DNA of 64,000 nucleotides, from positions 372,001 through 436,000 of the forward strand of contig CAXIUT010000103.1 in assembly GCA_964035545.1 (NCBI GenBank), read 5' to 3'. Of the stretch, positions 51,201 through 64,000 are shown piece by piece (the stretch's first letter is position 1; each line of letters starts with the position of its first letter). The DNA comes from Bugula neritina (taxonomy: Eukaryota > Animalia > Bryozoa). The notes under the pieces are model-generated. The model was not told the origin of the DNA and made no database searches. It was given only the letters and a program-made list of their open reading frames with translations. A program made the position numbers and the translations under genes.

Positions 51201-54200
51201 TTTGACATTAGGATTAAAGTGTTCACTACATGGAGACTTCAACTTCAATTGTTAATCAACTTGTTTTGGATCTACTTGTCACATCTGGCTTACGCTCTCT
51301 GGTAGGTTTATTTCATTAACTTTCTAGACTGATTTTCTTAACTTTCTGAAGAGTTTGTTGTGATGCGAAATATATTGCCAAATATCTCATGGCAACGTGC
51401 CAATACAGTTAACACAGTAATTAAGCACTGGTGTCTTTGAAGCAGGCATCAAGTTATGCATAAAAATGTTCATCAAGTATCTAAACACATGCAAGTGATG
51501 AGTTTGGAGATATTATTTAAAACTACAAAAGTTTCCATGCCGCGTGTAAATCAAAAGTGGACAAGTGCTGCAAACACCTCTTTTCATAGAATGACTCATT
51601 TATTTCTCATATGTTTGCAAAGGCATCTAAAATTAGTTATTGCTCTAGCAAAATATAACACTGTGAAATGGCGCTGCAGATGAGCTTTCTCTTTTAATAT
51701 GAAAACTGATGATTGAAGAGCAATATAGTCTACTAATAAAATGGGTTTTAGCAGTGACTCATCTCCACTGCCTGTAAACTATAAAGCTTCAAATCGTATA
51801 CTGTAGGCCCATGGGCCAACTCTAGCACAATAACACAATTCACATGAGTCAGGATTGCTGGTTGTTAGAGGGGACAGGGGGGGCAGGAGAGGGGATGGGA
51901 AAATAAAACATCTAAATTCAATAGTAAAAGCCGGTGTACAATGCAAAGGTCTTCCAGCATCACTGGTATTTCCATAATAACTGCAAGGCGCAAACTTTTG
52001 CTGATGGACAATCAGACAGAAAAACTCTTGCAAATAACAAAACTAATATTAGCCTGTGTCTGCTTCGTATAAACACCAAGAACAAAATTTTAGGAAAGAT
52101 AACTCCCAACACACCTATCTTGCAACTGGTGCTGGTGCAAAGAAATTGAAGGGTTATGTTTCATAGTCATATATTCAGCTAGTACTTCTAACTGCAAAGG
52201 AGTAACATTGCAGAAAAAGGTGAAGATGTGAAGCACTGTAGATTTATGGTAAGTTATAATATGCATTTGATATTACTTATCTGTCCAGAAAACAATAATA
52301 TTATATTATATTTTATTCTACTCAGTAGTACCAACAATGAATATTTTATCATTGTTTATGGCAATCGTGAATCTCAACAATGAATAATAATAATGTGCAT
52401 TGTCAATTTTCACAAAATAGCAGTCTTCAGTCAGCCCTCTCTAGTTCAAGATGGGCATCACTATACACACAAGAGTTAAGAACTTTAATGAGTCCTGTCA
52501 GCTAACCAGCTCATGAAGTCTACACAGTTTGGTTGCAGACGTTTGCATTTGACATTAGGACTAAAGTGTTGACTACATGGAGATTTCAACTTCAATTGTT
52601 AATCAACTTGTTTTGGATCTACTTGTTACATCTGGCTTACTCTCTCTGGTAGGTTTATTTCATTAACTTTCTATACTGATTTTCTTAACTTTCTGAAGAG
52701 TTTGTTGTGATGCGAAATATATTACCAAATATCTCATGGCAACGTGCCAATACAGTTAACACAGTAATTAAGCACTGGTGTCTTTGAAGCAGGCATCAAG
52801 TTTTGCATAAAAAAATTTATCAAGTATCTAAACACATGCAAGTGATGAGTTTGGAGATATTATTTAAAACTACAAAAGTTTCCATGCTGCGTGTAAATCA
52901 AAAGTGGACAAGTGCTGCAAACACCTCTTTTCATAGAATGACTCATTTATTTCTCATATGTTTGCAAAGGCATCTAAAATTAGTTATTGCTCTAGCAAAA
53001 TATAACACTGTGAAATGGCGCTGCAGATGAGTTTTCTCTTTTAATATGAAAACTGATGATTGAAGAGCAATATAGTCTACTAATAAATTGGGTTTCAGCA
53101 GTGACTCATCTCCACTGCCTGTAAACTATAAATCTTCAAATCGTATACTGTAGGCCCATGGTCCAACTCTAAAACAATAACACATTTCACATGAGTCAGG
53201 ATTACTGGTTGTTAGAAGGGACAGGGGGGCAGGAGAGGGGAGGGGAAAATAAAACATCTAAATTTAATAGTAAAGGCGGGTGTACAATGCAAAGGTCTTC
53301 CAGCATCACTGATATTTCCATAATAACTGCAAGGCGCAAGCTCCTGCTGATGGACAATATGACAGAAAAACTCTTTCAAATAAGTAAACTAATATTAGCC
53401 TGTGTCTGCTTCGTATAAACGCCAAGAACAAACTTTTAGGAAAGATAACTCCCACCACACCTATCTTGCAACCGGTGCTAGTGCAATGAAATTGAAGGGC
53501 TATGTTTCATAGTCCTATATTCAGCTAGTACTTCTAACTAGAAAGAAATAACATTGCCGGAAAAGTTGAAGAGGTGAAGCACTGTAGAGTTATGGCAAGT
53601 TAGATTCTCTATATGATATTATTTATCTGTCAAGAAAATATTATATTATATTTTATTCTACTCACTAGTACCAACAATGAATATTTTATCATTGTTTATG
53701 GCAGTCGTGAATCTCAACAATGAATAATAATAATATGCATTGTCAATTTTCACAAAGTAGCAGTCTTCAGTCAGCCCTCTCTAGTTCAAGATGGGCATCA
53801 CTATACACACAAGAGTTAAGAACTTTAATGAGTCCTGTCAGGTAACCAGCTCATGAAGTCTACACAGTTTGGTTGCAGACGTTTGCATTTGACATTAGGA
53901 TTAAAGTGTTCACTACATGGAGACTTCAACTTCAATTGTTAATCAACTTGTTTTGGATCTACTTGTCACATCTGGCTTACGCTCTCTGGTAGGTTTATTT
54001 CATTAACTTTCTAGACTGATTTTCTTAACTTTCTGAAGAGTTTGTTGTGATGCGAAATATATTGCCAAATATCTCATGGCAACGTGCCAATACAGTTAAC
54101 ACAGTAATTAAGCACTGGTGTCTTTGAAGCAGGCATCAAGTTATGCATAAAAATGTTCATCAAGTATCTAAACACATGCAAGTGATGAGTTTGGAGATAT

Positions 54201-57200
54201 TATTTAAAACTACAAAAGTTTCCATGCCGCGTGTAAATCAAAAGTGGACAAGTGCTGCAAACACCTCTTTTCATAGAATGACTCATTTATTTCTCATATG
54301 TTTGCAAAGGCATCTAAAATTAGTTATTGCTCTAGCAAAATATAACACTGTGAAATGGCGCTGCAGATGAGCTTTCTCTTTTAATATGAAAACTGATGAT
54401 TGAAGAGCAATATAGTCTACTAATAAAATGGGTTTTAGCAGTGACTCATCTCCACTGCCTGTAAACTATAAAGCTTCAAATCGTATACTGTAGGCCCATG
54501 GGCCAACTCTAGCACAATAACACAATTCACATGAGTCAGGATTGCTGGTTGTTAGAGGGGACAGGGGGGGCAGGAGAGGGGATGGGAAAATAAAACATCT
54601 AAATTCAATAGTAAAAGCCGGTGTACAATGCAAAGGTCTTCCAGCATCACTGGTATTTCCATAATAACTGCAAGGCCAAACTTTTGCTGATGGACAATCA
54701 GACAGAAAAACTCTTGCAAATAACAAAACTAATATTAGCCTGTGTCTGCTTCTTATAAACACAAAGAACAAAATTTTGGGAAAGATAACTCCCAACACAC
54801 CTATCTTGCAACTGGTGCTGGTGCAATGAAATTGAAGGGTTATGTTTCATAGTCATATTTTCAACTAGTACTTCTAACTGCAAAGAAATAACATTGCAGA
54901 AAAAAGTGAAGATGTGAAGCACTGTAGATTTATGGTAAGTTATAATATGCATTTGATATTATTTATTTGTCCAGAAAATAATATTATATTATATTTTATT
55001 CTACTCAGTAGTACCAACAATGAATATTTTATCATTGTTTATGGCAGTCGTGAATCTCAACAATGAATAATAATAATATGCATTGTCAATTTTCACAAAG
55101 TAGCAGTCTTCAGTCAGCCCTCTCTAGTTCAAGATGGGCATCACTATACACACAAGAGTTAAGAACTTTAATGAGTCCTGTCAGCTAACCAGCTCATGAA
55201 GTCTACACAGTTTGATTGCAGGCGTTTGCATTTGACATTAGGACTAAAGTGTTGACTACATGGAGATTTCAACTTCAATTGTTAATCAACTAATTGTTTT
55301 GGATCTACTTGTTACATCTGGCTTACTCTTTCTGGTAGGTTTATTTCATTAACTTTCTAGACTGATTTTCTTAACTTTCTGAAGAGTTTGTTGTGATGCG
55401 AAATATTACCAAATATCTCATGGCAACATGCCAATACAGTTAACACAGTAATTAAGCACTGGTGTCTTTGAAGCAGGCATCAAGTTTTGCATAAAAAAAC
55501 TTATCAAGTATCTAAACACATGCAAGTGATGAGTTTGGAGATATTATTTAAAACTACAAAAGTTTCCATGCCGCTTGTAAATCAAAAGTGGACAATTGCT
55601 GCAAACACCTCTTTTCATGGAATGACTCATTTATTTCTCATATGTTTGCAAAGGCATCTAAAATTAGTTATTGCTCTAGCAAAATATAACACTGTGAAAT
55701 GGCGCTGCAGATGAGCTTTCTCTTTTAATATGAAAACTGATGATTGAAGAGCAATATAGCCTACTATTAAAATGGGTTTCAGCAGTGACTCATCTCCACT
55801 GCCTGTAAACTATAAATCTTCAAATCGTATACTGTAGGCCCATGGTCCAACTCTAAAACAATAACACATTTCACATGAGTCAGGATTACTGGTTGTTAGA
55901 AGGGACAGGGGGGCAGGAGAGGGGAGGGGAAAATAAAACATCTAAATTTAATAGTAAAGGCGGGTGTACAATGCAAAGGTCTTCCAGCATCACTGATATT
56001 TCCATAATAACTGCAAGGCGCAAGCTCCTGCTGATGGACAATATGACAGAAAAACTCTTTCAAATAAGTAAACTAATATTAGCCTGTGTCTGCTTCGTAT
56101 AAACGCCAAGAACAAACTTTTAGGAAAGATAACTCCCACCACACCTATCTTGCAACCGGTGCTAGTGCAATGAAATTGAAGGGCTATGTTTCATAGTCCT
56201 ATATTCAGCTAGTACTTCTAACTAGAAAGAAATAACATTGCCGGAAAAGTTGAAGAGGTGAAGCACTGTAGAGTTATGGCAAGTTAGATTCTCTATATGA
56301 TATTATTTATCTGTCAAGAAAATATTATATTATATTTTATTCTACTCACTAGTACCAACAATGAATATTTTATCATTGTTTATGGCAGTCGTGAATCTCA
56401 ACAATGAATAATAATAATATGCATTGTCAATTTTCACAAAGTAGCAGTCTTCAGTCAGCCCTCTCTAGTTCAAGATGGGCATCACTATACACACAAGAGT
56501 TAAGAACTTTAATGAGTCCTGTCAGGTAACCAGCTCATGAAGTCTACACAGTTTGGTTGCAGACGTTTGCATTTGACATTAGGATTAAAGTGTTCACTAC
56601 ATGGAGACTTCAACTTCAATTGTTAATCAACTTGTTTTGGATCTACTTGTCACATCTGGCTTACGCTCTCTGGTAGGTTTATTTCATTAACTTTCTAGAC
56701 TGATTTTCTTAACTTTCTGAAGAGTTTGTTGTGATGCGAAATATATTGCCAAATATCTCATGGCAACGTGCCAATACAGTTAACACAGTAATTAAGCACT
56801 GGTGTCTTTGAAGCAGGCATCAAGTTATGCATAAAAATGTTCATCAAGTATCTAAACACATGCAAGTGATGAGTTTGGAGATATTATTTAAAACTACAAA
56901 AGTTTCCATGCCGCGTGTAAATCAAAAGTGGACAAGTGCTGCAAACACCTCTTTTCATAGAATGACTCATTTATTTCTCATATGTTTGCAAAGGCATCTA
57001 AAATTAGTTATTGCTCTAGCAAAATATAACACTGTGAAATGGCGCTGCAGATGAGCTTTCTCTTTTAATATGAAAACTGATGATTGAAGAGCAATATAGT
57101 CTACTAATAAAATGGGTTTTAGCAGTGACTCATCTCCACTGCCTGTAAACTATAAAGCTTCAAATCGTATACTGTAGGCCCATGGGCCAACTCTAGCACA

Positions 57201-60200
57201 ATAACACAATTCACATGAGTCAGGATTGCTGGTTGTTAGAGGGGACAGGGGGGGCAGGAGAGGGGATGGGAAAATAAAACATCTAAATTCAATAGTAAAA
57301 GCCGGTGTACAATGCAAAGGTCTTCCAGCATCACTGGTATTTCCATAATAACTGCAAGGCGCAAACTTTTGCTGATGGACAATCAGACAGAAAAACTCTT
57401 GCAAATAACAAAACTAATATTAGCCTGTGTCTGCTTCGTATAAACACCAAGAACAAAATTTTAGGAAAGATAACTCCCAACACACCTATCTTGCAACTGG
57501 TGCTGGTGCAAAGAAATTGAAGGGTTATGTTTCATAGTCATATATTCAGCTAGTACTTCTAACTGCAAAGGAGTAACATTGCAGAAAAAGGTGAAGATGT
57601 GAAGCACTGTAGATTTATGGTAAGTTATAATATGCATTTGATATTACTTATCTGTCCAGAAAACAATAATATTATATTATATTTTATTCTACTCAGTAGT
57701 ACCAACAATGAATATTTTATCATTGTTTATGGCAATCGTGAATCTCAACAATGAATAATAATAATGTGCATTGTCAATTTTCACAAAATAGCAGTCTTCA
57801 GTCAGCCCTCTCTAGTTCAAGATGGGCATCACTATACACACAAGAGTTAAGAACTTTAATGAGTCCTGTCAGCTAACCAGCTCATGAAGTCTACACAGTT
57901 TGGTTGCAGACGTTTGCATTTGACATTAGGACTAAAGTGTTGACTACATGGAGATTTCAACTTCAATTGTTAATCAACTTGTTTTGGATCTACTTGTTAC
58001 ATCTGGCTTACTCTCTCTGGTAGGTTTATTTCATTAACTTTCTATACTGATTTTCTTAACTTTCTGAAGAGTTTGTTGTGATGCGAAATATATTACCAAA
58101 TATCTCATGGCAACGTGCCAATACAGTTAACACAGTAATTAAGCACTGGTGTCTTTGAAGCAGGCATCAAGTTTTGCATAAAAAAATTTATCAAGTATCT
58201 AAACACATGCAAGTGATGAGTTTGGAGATATTATTTAAAACTACAAAAGTTTCCATGCTGCGTGTAAATCAAAAGTGGACAAGTGCTGCAAACACCTCTT
58301 TTCATAGAATGACTCATTTATTTCTCATATGTTTGCAAAGGCATCTAAAATTAGTTATTGCTCTAGCAAAATATAACACTGTGAAATGGCGCTGCAGATG
58401 AGTTTTCTCTTTTAATATGAAAACTGATGATTGAAGAGCAATATAGTCTACTAATAAATTGGGTTTCAGCAGTGACTCATCTCCACTGCCTGTAAACTAT
58501 AAATCTTCAAATCGTATACTGTAGGCCCATGGTCCAACTCTAAAACAATAACACATTTCACATGAGTCAGGATTACTGGTTGTTAGAAGGGACAGGGGGG
58601 CAGGAGAGGGGAGGGGAAAATAAAACATCTAAATTTAATAGTAAAGGCGGGTGTACAATGCAAAGGTCTTCCAGCATCACTGATATTTCCATAATAACTG
58701 CAAGGCGCAAGCTCCTGCTGATGGACAATATGACAGAAAAACTCTTTCAAATAAGTAAACTAATATTAGCCTGTGTCTGCTTCGTATAAACGCCAAGAAC
58801 AAACTTTTAGGAAAGATAACTCCCACCACACCTATCTTGCAACCGGTGCTAGTGCAATGAAATTGAAGGGCTATGTTTCATAGTCCTATATTCAGCTAGT
58901 ACTTCTAACTAGAAAGAAATAACATTGCCGGAAAAGTTGAAGAGGTGAAGCACTGTAGAGTTATGGCAAGTTAGATTCTCTATATGATATTATTTATCTG
59001 TCAAGAAAATATTATATTATATTTTATTCTACTCACTAGTACCAACAATGAATATTTTATCATTGTTTATGGCAGTCGTGAATCTCAACAATGAATAATA
59101 ATAATATGCATTGTCAATTTTCACAAAGTAGCAGTCTTCAGTCAGCCCTCTCTAGTTCAAGATGGGCATCACTATACACACAAGAGTTAAGAACTTTAAT
59201 GAGTCCTGTCAGGTAACCAGCTCATGAAGTCTACACAGTTTGGTTGCAGACGTTTGCATTTGACATTAGGATTAAAGTGTTCACTACATGGAGACTTCAA
59301 CTTCAATTGTTAATCAACTTGTTTTGGATCTACTTGTCACATCTGGCTTACGCTCTCTGGTAGGTTTATTTCATTAACTTTCTAGACTGATTTTCTTAAC
59401 TTTCTGAAGAGTTTGTTGTGATGCGAAATATATTGCCAAATATCTCATGGCAACGTGCCAATACAGTTAACACAGTAATTAAGCACTGGTGTCTTTGAAG
59501 CAGGCATCAAGTTATGCATAAAAATGTTCATCAAGTATCTAAACACATGCAAGTGATGAGTTTGGAGATATTATTTAAAACTACAAAAGTTTCCATGCCG
59601 CGTGTAAATCAAAAGTGGACAAGTGCTGCAAACACCTCTTTTCATAGAATGACTCATTTATTTCTCATATGTTTGCAAAGGCATCTAAAATTAGTTATTG
59701 CTCTAGCAAAATATAACACTGTGAAATGGCGCTGCAGATGAGCTTTCTCTTTTAATATGAAAACTGATGATTGAAGAGCAATATAGTCTACTAATAAAAT
59801 GGGTTTTAGCAGTGACTCATCTCCACTGCCTGTAAACTATAAAGCTTCAAATCGTATACTGTAGGCCCATGGGCCAACTCTAGCACAATAACACAATTCA
59901 CATGAGTCAGGATTGCTGGTTGTTAGAGGGGACAGGGGGGGCAGGAGAGGGGATGGGAAAATAAAACATCTAAATTCAATAGTAAAAGCCGGTGTACAAT
60001 GCAAAGGTCTTCCAGCATCACTGGTATTTCCATAATAACTGCAAGGCGCAAACTTTTGCTGATGGACAATCAGACAGAAAAACTCTTGCAAATAACAAAA
60101 CTAATATTAGCCTGTGTCTGCTTCGTATAAACACCAAGAACAAAATTTTAGGAAAGATAACTCCCAACACACCTATCTTGCAACTGGTGCTGGTGCAAAG

Positions 60201-63200
60201 AAATTGAAGGGTTATGTTTCATAGTCATATATTCAGCTAGTACTTCTAACTGCAAAGGAGTAACATTGCAGAAAAAGGTGAAGATGTGAAGCACTGTAGA
60301 TTTATGGTAAGTTATAATATGCATTTGATATTACTTATCTGTCCAGAAAACAATAATATTATATTATATTTTATTCTACTCAGTAGTACCAACAATGAAT
60401 ATTTTATCATTGTTTATGGCAATCGTGAATCTCAACAATGAATAATAATAATGTGCATTGTCAATTTTCACAAAATAGCAGTCTTCAGTCAGCCCTCTCT
60501 AGTTCAAGATGGGCATCACTATACACACAAGAGTTAAGAACTTTAATGAGTCCTGTCAGCTAACCAGCTCATGAAGTCTACACAGTTTGGTTGCAGACGT
60601 TTGCATTTGACATTAGGACTAAAGTGTTGACTACATGGAGATTTCAACTTCAATTGTTAATCAACTTGTTTTGGATCTACTTGTTACATCTGGCTTACTC
60701 TCTCTGGTAGGTTTATTTCATTAACTTTCTATACTGATTTTCTTAACTTTCTGAAGAGTTTGTTGTGATGCGAAATATATTACCAAATATCTCATGGCAA
60801 CGTGCCAATACAGTTAACACAGTAATTAAGCACTGGTGTCTTTGAAGCAGGCATCAAGTTTTGCATAAAAAAATTTATCAAGTATCTAAACACATGCAAG
60901 TGATGAGTTTGGAGATATTATTTAAAACTACAAAAGTTTCCATGCTGCGTGTAAATCAAAAGTGGACAAGTGCTGCAAACACCTCTTTTCATAGAATGAC
61001 TCATTTATTTCTCATATGTTTGCAAAGGCATCTAAAATTAGTTATTGCTCTAGCAAAATATAACACTGTGAAATGGCGCTGCAGATGAGTTTTCTCTTTT
61101 AATATGAAAACTGATGATTGAAGAGCAATATAGTCTACTAATAAATTGGGTTTCAGCAGTGACTCATCTCCACTGCCTGTAAACTATAAATCTTCAAATC
61201 GTATACTGTAGGCCCATGGTCCAACTCTAAAACAATAACACATTTCACATGAGTCAGGATTACTGGTTGTTAGAAGGGACAGGGGGGCAGGAGAGGGGAG
61301 GGGAAAATAAAACATCTAAATTTAATAGTAAAGGCGGGTGTACAATGCAAAGGTCTTCCAGCATCACTGATATTTCCATAATAACTGCAAGGCGCAAGCT
61401 CCTGCTGATGGACAATATGACAGAAAAACTCTTTCAAATAAGTAAACTAATATTAGCCTGTGTCTGCTTCGTATAAACGCCAAGAACAAACTTTTAGGAA
61501 AGATAACTCCCACCACACCTATCTTGCAACCGGTGCTAGTGCAATGAAATTGAAGGGCTATGTTTCATAGTCCTATATTCAGCTAGTACTTCTAACTAGA
61601 AAGAAATAACATTGCCGGAAAAGTTGAAGAGGTGAAGCACTGTAGAGTTATGGCAAGTTAGATTCTCTATATGATATTATTTATCTGTCAAGAAAATATT
61701 ATATTATATTTTATTCTACTCACTAGTACCAACAATGAATATTTTATCATTGTTTATGGCAGTCGTGAATCTCAACAATGAATAATAATAATATGCATTG
61801 TCAATTTTCACAAAGTAGCAGTCTTCAGTCAGCCCTCTCTAGTTCAAGATGGGCATCACTATACACACAAGAGTTAAGAACTTTAATGAGTCCTGTCAGG
61901 TAACCAGCTCATGAAGTCTACACAGTTTGGTTGCAGACGTTTGCATTTGACATTAGGATTAAAGTGTTCACTACATGGAGACTTCAACTTCAATTGTTAA
62001 TCAACTTGTTTTGGATCTACTTGTCACATCTGGCTTATGCTCTCTGGTAGGTTTATTTCATTAACTTTCTAGACTGATTTTCTTAACTTTCTGAAGAGTT
62101 TGTTGTGATGCGAAATATATTGCCAAATATCTCATGGCAACGTGCCAATACAGTTAACACAGTAATTAAGCACTGGTGTCTTTGAAGCAGGCATCAAGTT
62201 ATGCATAAAAATGTTCATCAAGTATCTAAACACATGCAAGTGATGAGTTTGGAGATATTATTTAAAACTACAAAAGTTTCCATGCCGCGTGTAAATCAAA
62301 AGTGGACAAGTGCTGCAAACACCTCTTTTCATAGAATGACTCATTTATTTCTCATATGTTTGCAAAGGCATCTAAAATTAGTTATTGCTCTAGCAAAATA
62401 TAACACTGTGAAATGGCGCTGCAGATGAGCTTTCTCTTTTAATATGAAAACTGATGATTGAAGAGCAATATAGTCTACTAATAAAATGGGTTTTAGCAGT
62501 GACTCATCTCCACTGCCTGTAAACTATAAAGCTTCAAATCGTATACTGTAGGCCCATGGGCCAACTCTAGCACAATAACACAATTCACATGAGTCAGGAT
62601 TGCTGGTTGTTAGAGGGGACAGGGGGGGCAGGAGAGGGGATGGGAAAATAAAACATCTAAATTCAATAGTAAAAGCCGGTGTACAATGCAAAGGTCTTCC
62701 AGCATCACTGGTATTTCCATAATAACTGCAAGGCCAAACTTTTGCTGATGGACAATCAGACAGAAAAACTCTTGCAAATAACAAAACTAATATTAGCCTG
62801 TGTCTGCTTCTTATAAACACAAAGAACAAAATTTTGGGAAAGATAACTCCCAACACACCTATCTTGCAACTGGTGCTGGTGCAATGAAATTGAAGGGTTA
62901 TGTTTCATAGTCATATTTTCAACTAGTACTTCTAACTGCAAAGAAATAACATTGCAGAAAAAAGTGAAGATGTGAAGCACTGTAGATTTATGGTAAGTTA
63001 TAATATGCATTTGATATTATTTATTTGTCCAGAAAATAATATTATATTATATTTTATTCTACTCAGTAGTACCAACAATGAATATTTTATCATTGTTTAT
63101 GGCAGTCGTGAATCTCAACAATGAATAATAATAATATGCATTGTCAATTTTCACAAAGTAGCAGTCTTCAGTCAGCCCTCTCTAGTTCAAGATGGGCATC

Positions 63201-64000
63201 ACTATACACACAAGAGTTAAGAACTTTAATGAGTCCTGTCAGCTAACCAGCTCATGAAGTCTACACAGTTTGATTGCAGGCGTTTGCATTTGACATTAGG
63301 ACTAAAGTGTTGACTACATGGAGATTTCAACTTCAATTGTTAATCAACTAATTGTTTTGGATCTACTTGTTACATCTGGCTTACTCTTTCTGGTAGGTTT
63401 ATTTCATTAACTTTCTAGACTGATTTTCTTAACTTTCTGAAGAGTTTGTTGTGATGCGAAATATTACCAAATATCTCATGGCAACATGCCAATACAGTTA
63501 ACACAGTAATTAAGCACTGGTGTCTTTGAAGCAGGCATCAAGTTTTGCATAAAAAAACTTATCAAGTATCTAAACACATGCAAGTGATGAGTTTGGAGAT
63601 ATTATTTAAAACTACAAAAGTTTCCATGCCGCTTGTAAATCAAAAGTGGACAATTGCTGCAAACACCTCTTTTCATGGAATGACTCATTTATTTCTCATA
63701 TGTTTGCAAAGGCATCTAAAATTAGTTATTGCTCTAGCAAAATATAACACTGTGAAATGGCGCTGCAGATGAGCTTTCTCTTTTAATATGAAAACTGATG
63801 ATTGAAGAGCAATATAGCCTACTATTAAAATGGGTTTCAGCAGTGACTCATCTCCACTGCCTGTAAACTATAAATCTTCAAATCGTATACTGTAGGCCCA
63901 TGGTCCAACTCTAAAACAATAACACATTTCACATGAGTCAGGATTACTGGTTGTTAGAAGGGACAGGGGGGCAGGAGAGGGGAGGGGAAAATAAAACATC
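27266..64000. repeat. Nested higher-order repeat domain (dimers of 2684/2687 bp, tetramers of 5371 bp, larger blocks of 12092 bp and 9408 bp)
   Basis: Anchor spacings read 1350,1340,1347,1340,1344,1340,1347,1340,1344 | 1350,1340,1347,1340,1344,1340,1347 | 1350,1340,1347,1340,1344,1340,1347,1340,1347,1340,1344. ORF-variant types recur with the same pattern. Confidence 0.93.

Larger units (their letters stand above)
1..64000. repeat. Tandem macrosatellite array, ~46 head-to-tail copies of a ~1.34 kb monomer, open at both window edges, interrupted once at 20646-23211
   Basis: The same anchor (start of the MHK.. ORF) recurs 46 times from 532 to 63545. Spacings are 1337-1350 bp except one of 3910 bp (=1342+2568). 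All copies are in the same orientation and near-identical by eye. Confidence 0.99.

Noticed and set aside
1-64000. CRISPR array or prokaryotic system
   Set aside because: There are no short repeats with unique spacers and no gene-dense coding DNA.

Overview
The window is AT-rich, strongly CpG-depleted DNA that looks eukaryotic, and I recognise no protein-coding gene in it. It is almost entirely one head-to-tail tandem array (macrosatellite) of about 46 copies of a 1337-1350 bp monomer, running off both ends. The array has two domains. The left domain (1 to ~27.8 kb) is made of irregular dimers and trimers. The right domain (~27.8-64 kb) has nested higher-order repeats (HORs): 2684/2687 bp dimers, 5371 bp tetramers, and 9-, 7- and >=11-monomer blocks, plus a divergent monomer class not seen on the left. 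The array is interrupted once, at 20646-23211, by a 2566 bp non-autonomous DNA transposon with CACAG...CTGTG ends, ~170 bp imperfect terminal inverted repeats (TIRs) and a 2-bp TG target-site duplication (CACTA/EnSpm-like); it carries a degenerate tRNA-Arg-like segment. Nearly every monomer carries a G-quadruplex-type tract, two to three AP-1 sites, several palindromes and a motif matching the hammerhead ribozyme core that lacks a canonical helix I. That last motif is the most speculative lead. All ORFs in the supplied track look like incidental by-products of the repeat. I cannot identify the organism or the origin of the monomer from the sequence alone.
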